64,000 bases of DNA from a virus (taxonomy: Duplodnaviria; Caudoviricetes): IMG/VR virus record IMGVR_UViG_2895476258_000013, positions 1 through 64,000 of that record; one strand, written 5' to 3'. How positions within the stretch are numbered: the first letter of the stretch is position 1; each line of letters starts with the position of its first letter. The position numbers and the translations under genes are program-made. Positions 27,743 through 36,742 of the stretch are shown in pieces. Below the pieces are notes generated by a model. That model did not search any database, was not told the DNA's origin, and saw only the letters and a list, made by a program, of their open reading frames with translations.

Positions 27743-28298
27743 GGTGCCCACCATCTTCGTCCGGGACTGGAACAGCAACCCGAAGTACGTCACCGAAGAG
27801 CCGAACCCCGAATGCGCCTGGGTGTTCGCGGGGGAGGGCGTCCCGACGGTCAAGTGGGACGGCACCTGCGTAAAGCTCGACGAAGCAGGCCGCTGGTGGG
27901 CGCGCCGAGAGGTGAAGTCCGGCAAGGCTGATCCTCCTGACTTCGTGCTCATCGAGGAGGACCTGGAGACGGGCAAGCGGATGGGCTGGGAACCGGTCGA
28001 GCGGTCCGGGTTCGCCAAGTACCACGCCGAAGCGCTCCAGACGACGTTGCGACCGGGCACGTACGAGCTGCTGGGCCCGAAGATCAACGGCAACCCGGAC
28101 GGGTTCGAGGCGCACGTCCTGATGGAGCACGGCTGGGCGCCGCTCCGCATCCGCGAGGACGTCAAGTCCGCGCCGCGCGACTACGACGGGCTGCGGGAGT
28201 GGCTGCATGCCCGGCCGTACGAGGGCATCGTCTGGCACGGGCCGGATGGACGCATGGCCAAGATCAAAGCTCGGGACTTCCCTCAGGAGACGTCGTGA
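27729..28298 (+). CDS. ATP-dependent RNA ligase-like nucleotidyltransferase (DUF5565-like)
   Basis: Motif I TVKWDGT, TYELLGPKINGNP, motif IV EGIVW, motif V AKIK. Confidence 0.7.
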   Translation: MAMRKVPTIFVRDWNSNPKYVTEEPNPECAWVFAGEGVPTVKWDGTCVKLDEAGRWWARREVKSGKADPPDFVLIEEDLETGKRMGWEPVERSGFAKYHAEALQTTLRPGTYELLGPKINGNPDGFEAHVLMEHGWAPLRIREDVKSAPRDYDGLREWLHARPYEGIVWHGPDGRMAKIKARDFPQETS

Positions 28299-28468
28299 TC
28301 ACCCGCACAGTCAAAGCCGAAGCAGCCGACCCCAAGCACGGCATGACTCTGGACGAACTCGCCGCCTACGTGGAGGAAGCCCGCTGCGCCGAAGTGCCAG
28401 GCGGAGCACACATCCACGTGCGGGTGAACGTGCGAGGCGGCATCAAGAGGGTGGAGACCAAGCCGTAG
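28295..28468 (+). CDS. Small hypothetical protein
   Basis: GTGA coupled. Confidence 0.55.
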   Translation: MITRTVKAEAADPKHGMTLDELAAYVEEARCAEVPGGAHIHVRVNVRGGIKRVETKP

Positions 28469-28512
28469 GCCGTAACTGTCGGCTGCCCGTGACACGATCC
28501 GGGCGCGTCGAA

Positions 28513-28600
28513 TTGGCTTTCGGGCCTCTGACCTGTTATAAATCGAGTTGATCGTGCACCATCAGGCCCTCAGGCGGACGCCCGGGGGCTTTCTGCTTGT
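28513..28600 (+). promoter_or_regulatory. Candidate late promoter followed by a terminator-like hairpin
   Basis: TTGGCT-N18-TATAAA(T) at 28513-28543; GC stem 28566-28589 followed by TTTCTGCTTGT. Confidence 0.4.
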
Positions 28601-28606
28601 CTGGGG

Positions 28607-28861
28607 GTGGCCGAAGTGCAGGCCGCTTACGACCCGGTCACCATCGCTGTGGCAGCCGAACGACTGGAAGTACCACAGCCCACACTCAGGGTGTGGGCAT
28701 CACGCCACAACGCCCGCAAGCTGGCCAGAACCGGCAAAACGGTCTGGTACGACTACAACGACCTGGCCACGATCGAGGCGCACCTCCATCTGGGCAAGCG
28801 GGTCCCCATCACACCCGAGCTGAGAGACGCCTACCGCGCCCAGCTCCGCGCCGCCGCATAG
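28607..28861 (+). CDS. Small HTH (MerR-like) DNA-binding protein
   Basis: VTIAVAAERLEVPQPTLRVWASR. Confidence 0.7.
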   Translation: MAEVQAAYDPVTIAVAAERLEVPQPTLRVWASRHNARKLARTGKTVWYDYNDLATIEAHLHLGKRVPITPELRDAYRAQLRAAA

Positions 28862-28873
28862 CGGCCCACGAAC

Positions 28874-29068
28874 GCTCTCTGGTGCCGGTGGAGAGCCGGG
28901 CTCCGCTGCTTCCGCCCCCGTGGATGCCGAGTGGAGCCCACCGGGTGGCGGTCTGTTCTGCTCTCGCGTGATCTGAGGGGGTCCGCGAGACCTCGGGGTC
29001 CAGACCGCCACCCCCCTTGCTCCGGGCGGATGGTTTCAGCCGCACGCCGCAACGCTTGCCATCCGCCC
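28874..29068 (+). ncRNA. Candidate structured RNA (four consecutive stems)
   Basis: Stems 28874-80/28890-96, 28898-907/28930-39, 28943-55/29001-13, 29024-33/29059-68. Confidence 0.35.
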
Positions 29069-29151
29069 AGTACTACACGTGACGGCTCCATCCGTACATT
29101 CTCGCGACGCGCACACGCTTTGTCCGCTGAGACGCTCTCCCGGAGGTCAGC

Positions 29152-29559
29152 ATGACGCTTCGCGTCTCGAACGCCGCCCGGTCCGCCGCTGCGGACGCGG
29201 TTCGTCTCCTCATTGATGCGGGAGCAGGAGCTGGGAAAATCCGCGTCTACAACGGTTCTCAACCCGCTGGCCCGGACACGGCTCTGTCCGGTCAGACCCT
29301 GCTCGCCGAGTTCACCCTCGCGGACCCCAGCTTTGGCGCAGCCAGCAACGGCGTGACGACGCTACTGGGCACACCCCGGACGACGACCGGTGTCGCAGCA
29401 GGTACCGCCTCATGGTTCCGGGCGCTCGACAGCAACAACGTGGCCATACTGGACGGCGCGGTCAGCACCTCGAGTGCGGAGTTGAATCTCAACACGACCA
29501 CGATCTCGATCGGAGTCAACGTCGAGATCACGGCTGGCACCATCACCATGCCGGCATAA
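29152..29559 (+). CDS. Putative virion structural protein
   Basis: Small beta-rich Ala/Gly/Thr protein, KIRVYNGSQPA...GTASWFR; GGAGG RBS. Confidence 0.65.
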   Translation: MTLRVSNAARSAAADAVRLLIDAGAGAGKIRVYNGSQPAGPDTALSGQTLLAEFTLADPSFGAASNGVTTLLGTPRTTTGVAAGTASWFRALDSNNVAILDGAVSTSSAELNLNTTTISIGVNVEITAGTITMPA

Positions 29560-29562
29560 CCC

Positions 29563-30270
29563 ATGGCCACTCCCATCGTCCGTGAGGTCCTGCAGAACTC
29601 TGTCGGCGGCGGCCCTGTGACCGTCGTCACTGGCGTTGGCACCCAGGTCGACGACGTCCTGTGCACGATTCACGGCTGCGACTACGGCACCCTCGCCGGG
29701 ATGACCACCCCGACCGGCACGTCGGGTACGTGGGCTGAGGATGCCTTCGCCGACCTGGGCGTCAACACGATCCACCTGAAACTGTGGACCAGGCCGGTCA
29801 CCGTGAGCGGGCCGCAAACGGTCACTGTGCCCGACCAGGGTTTCGGCGAGGAAAACTTTCAGTTCACCTACGTTGTGGCGGGCGTGGCAGCCGTTGGTGG
29901 CATCGACGGAGCGGCAGGCGCGACGGATGGAGCGGGAACCAGCGCCACCGCGCCGTCCGTCCCCCCAACCGGCACAGATGATCTGTTGATCGCTGCCTGG
30001 TTCAGCGCCAACAATGTCGTGAACTTCTCCTTCCCCGCGGGGATGACGAACGGCCTCGAGGAGGAGACGGCCGGTTTCGTCACCCTCGCCACGGCCCGCG
30101 AGGTGTTGACCGCGAGCGGCGCGACTGGAACCCGCGTGGCCACGGCCAGCGTCTCCTGCTCGGGTTTCACCGGGGTTTCCATCGCGCTCAAAGGTGCGGC
30201 CACTGCGGCCGGCGCAGGCCCTCCACTCTCTCCGTATGCGGGCGCCCGTAGGCGTCTACTTGTCCGTTAG
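29563..30270 (+). CDS. Putative virion appendage/minor tail-like protein
   Basis: Thr/Gly/Ala-rich, APSV...DDLLIAAW; basic C-terminus RRRLLVR. Confidence 0.6.
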   Translation: MATPIVREVLQNSVGGGPVTVVTGVGTQVDDVLCTIHGCDYGTLAGMTTPTGTSGTWAEDAFADLGVNTIHLKLWTRPVTVSGPQTVTVPDQGFGEENFQFTYVVAGVAAVGGIDGAAGATDGAGTSATAPSVPPTGTDDLLIAAWFSANNVVNFSFPAGMTNGLEEETAGFVTLATAREVLTASGATGTRVATASVSCSGFTGVSIALKGAATAAGAGPPLSPYAGARRRLLVR

Positions 30271-30293
30271 CGCTCGTCATTTAGGGGTTCGTC

Positions 30294-30950
30294 ATGGCTG
30301 TGACCGTATTCGTGTACGGCAAGCTGCAGCAGAGCTTGTTCGAGGGCAGGATCAACTTCGGCACCGACACGATCAAGGCGATGCTGCTGAGCAGCTACAC
30401 GGTCGGCGCCACGCAGGACACCGCCCAGTTCCTTTCGGACGTTGTGACTGGCGGCGTCGGAGTGGAGACCACCGGGTCGGGTTACACGGCTGGTGGTGCC
30501 ACGTTGGCATCCAAGACGGTCACCTACACTGCGGCGAACTCCTGGTCCGTGCAGCGCGCCAACAGCACGGCTTACGCGGTCGGCGACGTGGTGCGCCCTG
30601 TGTCGGCGAACGGCTTCGTGTACCAAGCCGTGGTGGCCGGCACTAGCGGCGGCACTCTTCCGACCTACACCACCACCGTGGGCGATGACTTCACCGACGG
30701 CACCGTCACGTGGGTGTGCGCGGGCCGGGGCGCCCTGGTCGTGGACGCTGCGGATCCGTCGTGGACCACCGTCAACCCGGGAACCCTGTCCGCGTCGCAC
30801 GTCCTGTTCTACAAGGACACTGGCACCCCCTCGACGTCGCCGGTGATGCTGTACTGGGATCTCGGCGGCACCCAGACCGCCAGCAACGGCGGCGCTTTCA
30901 CACCGCAGCTCGACTCCACCGAGGGCCTCGTCGTCTCGTTCACGAGCTGA
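30294..30950 (+). CDS. Putative virion structural protein with carbohydrate-binding-like insert
   Basis: DTIKAML...GYTAGG; insert STAYAVGDVV...VYQA. Confidence 0.65.
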   Translation: MAVTVFVYGKLQQSLFEGRINFGTDTIKAMLLSSYTVGATQDTAQFLSDVVTGGVGVETTGSGYTAGGATLASKTVTYTAANSWSVQRANSTAYAVGDVVRPVSANGFVYQAVVAGTSGGTLPTYTTTVGDDFTDGTVTWVCAGRGALVVDAADPSWTTVNPGTLSASHVLFYKDTGTPSTSPVMLYWDLGGTQTASNGGAFTPQLDSTEGLVVSFTS

Positions 30951-30956
30951 GCTGAT

Positions 30957-31973
30957 GTGAGCCGCGTCCTCGTCACGCGGGTCGCCCGCCCGTCAGATGC
31001 CGAGGCGATTGCCGCACTCCTTGCGGGCCGCGGCGGGCGGCTGGTGCTGCAACCGGGCACCGGGACGTTCGGAGCGTTCCCGGACGCCACCAACACCGGG
31101 TACACGGCGTGGCCCAGCTACACCGGCAGCCTCACCACCTACAGCGGCGCCGACCCGATCCCGATTGGGCAGTCGGGCGCCACCTTCGAGGGGCTGCGGT
31201 TCGACGGTGGGGTGGCCATCGGCACCGCCGGATCCAGGCCCACGGGCGTCACCTTCCGGGGCTGCTTGTTCGAAAGCACCGCGCCGAATTTCATGAACGT
31301 CCAGGACTACGGGACCGGGACGACGTTCGAGTACTGCACGTTCCGCCCGGCTGCCGTGTCGTCGCCGCCAGTGAGTTTTGCCCAGAGCTTCCAGTTCGGG
31401 ATCAACCACAGTGGTGTCGGGCTCGTCGCCCGCCGGTGCGAATTCTGGGGCTTCGGCAACGCCATTCAGTTGGACGCCTCATCGACCGCGGCGAACCCCG
31501 TGACTGTCGAGTACTGCTACATGCACGACGCGGCTGACCAGGCGAACGACACCTATCACCACGACGGCATCCTGAGCAGCAACGGCGGCCCGAACGTCAG
31601 CCACATCACGATCCGCGGTAACACGATCGTCAGCGGGGGCAACACCAACGCGATCGCGTTGCAAGTGGATCCGGGTAGCCCCGCGTATTACTCGAACATC
31701 ACGGCTGTCGGGAACCTCCTGGGCGGGTTCGGGGCGACCGTCAACATCGGCGGCAACGGCACCGGCAACACCAACGTGATCTTCACGGACAACACCTTTA
31801 CGACCTTGATCGAGCCACTGTTTTTCCCTCTGTACGGCTGGTCGGACGGGTCGGGCAACCTGTGGCGGCGCAACCGCTGGTACGTGCCGCCCGGCGCGGA
31901 GTACGGCAGCCCTGCCGACAGCGGCAAGTTCTGGACGCCGAGCGGCGTAAGCACCACCGACTGGACCGGCTGA
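30957..31973 (+). CDS. Right-handed parallel beta-helix protein (pectin-lyase-like)
   Basis: Repeated VTFRGCLF, TFEYCTF, VEYCYMH, ITIRGNTI, NVIFTDNTF. Confidence 0.75.
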   Translation: MSRVLVTRVARPSDAEAIAALLAGRGGRLVLQPGTGTFGAFPDATNTGYTAWPSYTGSLTTYSGADPIPIGQSGATFEGLRFDGGVAIGTAGSRPTGVTFRGCLFESTAPNFMNVQDYGTGTTFEYCTFRPAAVSSPPVSFAQSFQFGINHSGVGLVARRCEFWGFGNAIQLDASSTAANPVTVEYCYMHDAADQANDTYHHDGILSSNGGPNVSHITIRGNTIVSGGNTNAIALQVDPGSPAYYSNITAVGNLLGGFGATVNIGGNGTGNTNVIFTDNTFTTLIEPLFFPLYGWSDGSGNLWRRNRWYVPPGAEYGSPADSGKFWTPSGVSTTDWTG

Positions 31974-31998
31974 AGCCCGGCGGAGCGGAGAGATAACT

Positions 31999-32490
31999 GT
32001 GATCCAGTTCCGGGTCTACACCGTCAGTTTCACGGCCTCCGCTCAGGGTGGGGCGGTGGACTGGTTCGAGCTGGTCGCGCCGTCCTCGTGCGGCCTGTCG
32101 ATCTTCTATCTGGACATCGGCCAGTCCACGGACTACGGCGATACGCAGGACGAGGGCATCCGTTACTACATCAAGCGGGCGTCCGGCGCCTACACCAGCG
32201 GTAGTGGCGGCAACACCGGTGTGGCCCGGGTCCCGGTCCGTTCCGGGGACGTGTCTGCCACCTTCACGGCGGAGACGCTGAACACGACGCAGGCCGCCGC
32301 AGGGTCGGGCGCTCTCGCCACGGTTCACCAGTCCACGTTCAACGTCCGTGTCGGGCTGGACAAGCTGTGGACCCCGGAGACGGCGATCTCGTGCAAGGCG
32401 TCGGAGGCGCTCGTCGTGGGCATGAGTGCGGCGCCGACGGATGCGGTGACCTGGGAGGGCACCGCGTACGTAGCCGAGATCATGGGCTGA
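31999..32490 (+). CDS. Putative virion structural protein
   Basis: Beta-rich 163 aa; GGAG RBS. Confidence 0.6.
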   Translation: MIQFRVYTVSFTASAQGGAVDWFELVAPSSCGLSIFYLDIGQSTDYGDTQDEGIRYYIKRASGAYTSGSGGNTGVARVPVRSGDVSATFTAETLNTTQAAAGSGALATVHQSTFNVRVGLDKLWTPETAISCKASEALVVGMSAAPTDAVTWEGTAYVAEIMG

Positions 32491-32494
32491 TCCA

Positions 32495-33748
32495 ATGGGC
32501 CGGGCGATCTTCCGGCGTCGCTGGCGGGATCGTCCGCGTCCTCGCCGGAGAGTCCCCACCGCCGCCGCGGCACCAACCAGCGTCACTCAGCAGGGCGGCG
32601 CGGCAGCTGTACGGCTGCGCGCGTCCGCAGGCTCGGTCTCCGTCACCGACATCCTGCCCGCCAGCAACGTCGCCGCCATCAGACTCAGGGCATCCGCCGG
32701 GGCAGTACTTGCCGTTCAGGCCTCACCCGTGTCCGGCCGCGGCGGCAGCCTCATGCTCCGTGCCGGTCTGGGCGCAGCCCAGACCGCCCTGGTTGCAGCT
32801 CACGCAGGCGAGGCAGGCTCGGTCCGCCTGCGCCCAAGCGCGGCCGACATCACCGCTGTGCAGGCATCCCCTGTGTCGGGCAGGGCAGGGGCGATCCTGC
32901 TCCGCGCGTCCACGGGGACGCTCACCGCCGTCAGGGCTGTCGCAGAGCAGGGGCCCCCCGGTTCCCTCCGCATGCGGGCTGGCTCCGGCGAGTTCACCTC
33001 CGCAGCCAACGTCACACTCACCAGCGGCGCCGGCGCACTTCGACTCCACGCGTCCGCAGGGCAGACCGAAGCCGTTCAGATCGCGGCTACGGCTGGTTCG
33101 GCCGGCTCGGTCCGTCTGCGCGCGAGCAGCGGCACCGTGTCCACCGGGGCCGTCCACGTCAGCGTCGGCACGACAGGCGTGATCGCTGTGCGGGCCGGAT
33201 CTGCCGCCCTGTCCACGGTGCGGCAAGCGCCCGTCCAGGGCGCGGCGGGTGCTGTCGCGATGCGGGCGTCGACGGGTGCGGCTCAAGCTGTTCAACAGCA
33301 GACCCTCGCAGGGGCTGCTGCCGCACTACACCTGTCCGGCCAAACAGGCGCCGTGGTGCTGGGCGGCGGCTCATCCGCACCAGCGGGCGCGAGCGGGCAT
33401 CTCCACATCGCAGGCGCCGCCGGCACGGTGACACCCGTCCAACACGCCTACAGCGCCGCAAGGGCGGCACTCCTGCGGTTGTCTCCCGGATCCGCGACGG
33501 TCCTGGTCGACGAAGGTGACAACGTCTACCTGATCGGCGACGCCGGCGTCCTCCGGATCACCGCAGCCTCGGCCGCGGTCACGAACGTCCAGCATCCCGC
33601 CCCAAGCGGCAGGGCCGGCAAGCTCCTGCTCGCCGGTGCGGTTGGGGGCGCTGCGGTGGTGGACGGTTCTCTCGACATCGACGGTGTCGTCTCCGCCCCC
33701 TATGTCAGGTGGCGTGTGGGCGCACCGACTCTGCGCGTGGGAGTGTGA
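32495..33748 (+). CDS. Ala/Gly-rich tandem repeat protein (~24-aa repeats), fibre-like
   Basis: About 15 repeats of G-x-A-G-x-L-R-L-R-A-S-x-G. Confidence 0.7.
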   Translation: MGRAIFRRRWRDRPRPRRRVPTAAAAPTSVTQQGGAAAVRLRASAGSVSVTDILPASNVAAIRLRASAGAVLAVQASPVSGRGGSLMLRAGLGAAQTALVAAHAGEAGSVRLRPSAADITAVQASPVSGRAGAILLRASTGTLTAVRAVAEQGPPGSLRMRAGSGEFTSAANVTLTSGAGALRLHASAGQTEAVQIAATAGSAGSVRLRASSGTVSTGAVHVSVGTTGVIAVRAGSAALSTVRQAPVQGAAGAVAMRASTGAAQAVQQQTLAGAAAALHLSGQTGAVVLGGGSSAPAGASGHLHIAGAAGTVTPVQHAYSAARAALLRLSPGSATVLVDEGDNVYLIGDAGVLRITAASAAVTNVQHPAPSGRAGKLLLAGAVGGAAVVDGSLDIDGVVSAPYVRWRVGAPTLRVGV

Positions 33749-34027
33749 ATGGTCATCGTCCCCGCCTCCAGTAAGGAATTCCTGCACATTCCCGTCGCGG
33801 ACGGCTCGGCCGGCATCCCTGGGGAGATCGCCGTGATCGCTTCCTGTAACGAGCCGGCCGAATCCGACTGGAAGACCGCTACCTGGGACAGCGGAAACTA
33901 CAAGGTGCTGATCGGCCCTGCGACCAGCCTTCCGCTGACGGTCGGCACGTACACGGCGTGGGTTCGGCTGACCGCTGCTCCCGAAGTCATCGTCCGCCGC
34001 TCTGGTCCGGTCCGGGTGGGTGCCTGA
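33749..34027 (+). CDS. Small Ig-like adaptor (BppU N-terminal-like), copy 1
   Basis: SDWKTATWD...VLIGP...GTYTAWVRLTAAPE. Confidence 0.65.
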   Translation: MVIVPASSKEFLHIPVADGSAGIPGEIAVIASCNEPAESDWKTATWDSGNYKVLIGPATSLPLTVGTYTAWVRLTAAPEVIVRRSGPVRVGA

Positions 34028-34545
34028 TGGCCATAGTGGAGCTGTACTTCGCCCCCGAAGAGCCGTCATTCCTGCCCGCCGCCGGATACCCCCAATACCT
34101 CAACACTCCCGGCTCCACGTTCGGGCTGACCGGACTCGCCTACGACGGTGTAGGCGCAAGCGTCGAAGAGGCCGCCTGGAAGTTCAACCCGGCCAAATAC
34201 GGGTCAGGCGCGATCACCGTCGACATCATCTGGTACGGGCTCGGCGCCACCAGCGGCGCCGTCGTCTGGGGAGCCGGACTCGCCGCGATCACCCCGAACA
34301 CCGACACACAGGATCCGACCACGAAAACGTTCGCGGCCAGCGGGAGCGTCACCACCTCGCACCTGGGCACGACGGCGAAGCGGCTGCACAAGTCGACGAT
34401 CACATTGTCGGGTGCGAGCCTGGACAGCATCGCGGCCGGCGACGAAGCGTGGCTGCGAGTCTTCCGCACACCTGGCGCGGCCGGCGACACGCTGGCAGCG
34501 GACGCGGTCGTCACCTCGGTCCGTCTCTCCTACAGCGACACGTAG
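34027..34545 (+). CDS. Putative virion structural protein
   Basis: TGATG coupled; beta-rich. Confidence 0.6.
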   Translation: MAIVELYFAPEEPSFLPAAGYPQYLNTPGSTFGLTGLAYDGVGASVEEAAWKFNPAKYGSGAITVDIIWYGLGATSGAVVWGAGLAAITPNTDTQDPTTKTFAASGSVTTSHLGTTAKRLHKSTITLSGASLDSIAAGDEAWLRVFRTPGAAGDTLAADAVVTSVRLSYSDT

Positions 34546-34553
34546 GAGGCGGC

Positions 34554-35720
34554 GTGGCGGTCCGCTTCGACGCCGACGGCGAGAGTTACACCAGATCGAC
34601 CGGGCTGGGCGCGGTCACGGTCTTCTCGTTCGCCTGCTGGGTCAAACTGGCCGTCGACCGCGCGACCACTACGGTCATCCTGCAGATCGACAACGGCTCA
34701 GGGGCGAACAGGCTGAGGCTGAACGCCTGGAACGGCACCGCCTTGACGTTCCAGTCGGATGGCGGCGGCTGGTTCGGCACCATCGGCCACACGCTGGTCG
34801 TCGGCGAATGGACATACGTCGCGCTCAGCGCCACATCCAACCCCGGCCAAGCCCGCACCGCCATACGAGCCGCCGGCTCCACCACATTCGCCGGCGGATC
34901 CCCCAGCCAGGCCAACATCACCGTCAACGCCGCGACCCTGCGCATCGGCGACGGGCAGGCCGCCTCCGAGTGGCTCAACGGGTCCATCGCCGCCGTCAAA
35001 GTGTGGGACCAGGAACTCACCGCCGACGAGCTGCAGCAGGAATCCTGGACGTACATGCCGCAGCGGACCGCCGGGCTGCGCGGCTGGTATCCCCTGCTCA
35101 CCAACACCACCACGGACCTCAGCGGCTCAGGCCAAACCCTGACCGGCGGCACTGACGCAGCTCTCGATGACGGGCCGCCGATCTCGTGGCGGACGGGCCG
35201 CCACAGGACCGTTTTCCCCGCCAGCGGCGTCTCGGGGACTCTGGCGGGCGTCCTCCCGGCGCTGACCGCGACTTCGTCCGGCATCGTTGAGACGTCCGGG
35301 ACGCTCGCCGGCGCTCTGCCTGCCCTGACGGCAAACGCAGCCGGCGTTGTTGAGTCCGCGGGTGCCCTGGATGCCACACTCCCGGCACTCACAGCATCCC
35401 TGACGGGCGAGTCGGACATGCCCGCCGGTGAACTCCTGGCGACGCTACCGGCACTGTCGGCGTCCCTCACAGGCGACGTCACCGTTACCGGGACGCTCGA
35501 CGCCGCTCTGCCCGCGCTGACCGGCGGCTTCACCGACGTCAAAACGGGCGACTTCGACTTCATCGCGGCAGGCCTGAGCCGCGGCTGGACCAGCCCGGCC
35601 CTCGACCCAGCCTGGGCAGGGCTCGACGTCGCAGCCGCGTGGGCCGCCCGCGACATCACCCGCGGGTGGACAGAAGACGACACCAGCCGCGAATGGACCG
35701 CACGCACGCCCACCCTGTGA
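34554..35720 (+). CDS. LamG/concanavalin-A lectin-domain protein with C-terminal repeats
   Basis: FSFACWVK, EWTYVAL, LNGSIAAVKVWDQELT; repeats GTLAGALPALTA. Confidence 0.8.
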   Translation: MAVRFDADGESYTRSTGLGAVTVFSFACWVKLAVDRATTTVILQIDNGSGANRLRLNAWNGTALTFQSDGGGWFGTIGHTLVVGEWTYVALSATSNPGQARTAIRAAGSTTFAGGSPSQANITVNAATLRIGDGQAASEWLNGSIAAVKVWDQELTADELQQESWTYMPQRTAGLRGWYPLLTNTTTDLSGSGQTLTGGTDAALDDGPPISWRTGRHRTVFPASGVSGTLAGVLPALTATSSGIVETSGTLAGALPALTANAAGVVESAGALDATLPALTASLTGESDMPAGELLATLPALSASLTGDVTVTGTLDAALPALTGGFTDVKTGDFDFIAAGLSRGWTSPALDPAWAGLDVAAAWAARDITRGWTEDDTSREWTARTPTL

Positions 35721-35730
35721 GGAGGCGAGG

Positions 35731-36018
35731 ATGCCGCTGCAGATGCCGAGCCTCTCCCTGGAGTACGTACACGCCACCATCGACGGACCGCCGAACAAGA
35801 CGTCGTTCGCCGTCGAGATGGCGATCCTCCCCGAAGGCCAAGACCCCGGAGTCAGCGACTGGGAAACCGCGGCATGGGATGGCGACGATGTCATCTGCCT
35901 CGTCGGTCCCGGCGGTCTGATCGCGCTGACGAAGGGCGTCCAGTACGAGGTGTGGGTGCGCATCACCGCCTCGCCGGAGATCCCCGTCCTCCGCCCCGGA
36001 TTCATCCACGCCACTTAA
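35731..36018 (+). CDS. Small Ig-like adaptor, copy 2 (paralog of 33749-34027)
   Basis: SDWETAAWD...CLVGP...YEVWVRITASPE. Confidence 0.65.
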   Translation: MPLQMPSLSLEYVHATIDGPPNKTSFAVEMAILPEGQDPGVSDWETAAWDGDDVICLVGPGGLIALTKGVQYEVWVRITASPEIPVLRPGFIHAT

Positions 36019-36058
36019 GGACCCCGCGCATGCCCAGCTCAGACCCGCGCAGGCAGCC

Positions 36059-36742
36059 ATGAACGATCTCCTCGTGATCGTCCCGAGCCGTGGCCGCCCC
36101 CACAACATCGCTGACCTGTATGTCGCGTGGAGCGAGACCGCACACAGAGACGCCGGCCTGCTGGTCGCGGTCGATGACGACGACCCGGCCCTGCCCGAAT
36201 ATCAGCGGGTGTGCTCCCTGATCGGTGTCGAGTTGGAGGTCGGCCCGAGGCTCCGTCTCACGGGCACGCTCAACAAGGTCGCCACCGAACGGGCTCCACA
36301 TCACAAGGCGATCGCGTTCATGGGCGACGACCACCGCCCCCGCACCATTGGCTGGGACACGCAACTCCTGGCCGAGCTGAACCGGCTCGGCACCGGGATC
36401 GTCTACGGCAATGACCTGCTGCAGGGCGAGAAGATGGCGACCGCCGTCGCCATAACATCCGACATCGTGGCAGCGCTCGGCTACATGGCCCCACCCTCGA
36501 TGGTGCACCTCTGCCTCGACCTGGTGTGGGTGGAATGGGGGCGGTCGATCGCCCGGCTCACCTACCTGCCGGGCACGGTCATCGAGCACATGCACCCAGC
36601 CGCCGGCAAAGCCGCCAACGACGCCGGTTATGAGGAAGCCAACAGCCCTCACCAGACCGCCGCCGACCATGCTGCCTACCACGCGTACAGGAACGGCCCG
36701 CAGTTCGCTGCGGACGTGGAGAAGCTGAAGGCGCTCCTATGA
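36059..36742 (+). CDS. GT-A fold (GT2-like) glycosyltransferase
   Basis: LLVIVPSRGRP, VDDDD, AFMGDD, VIEHMHP. Confidence 0.75.
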   Translation: MNDLLVIVPSRGRPHNIADLYVAWSETAHRDAGLLVAVDDDDPALPEYQRVCSLIGVELEVGPRLRLTGTLNKVATERAPHHKAIAFMGDDHRPRTIGWDTQLLAELNRLGTGIVYGNDLLQGEKMATAVAITSDIVAALGYMAPPSMVHLCLDLVWVEWGRSIARLTYLPGTVIEHMHPAAGKAANDAGYEEANSPHQTAADHAAYHAYRNGPQFAADVEKLKALL

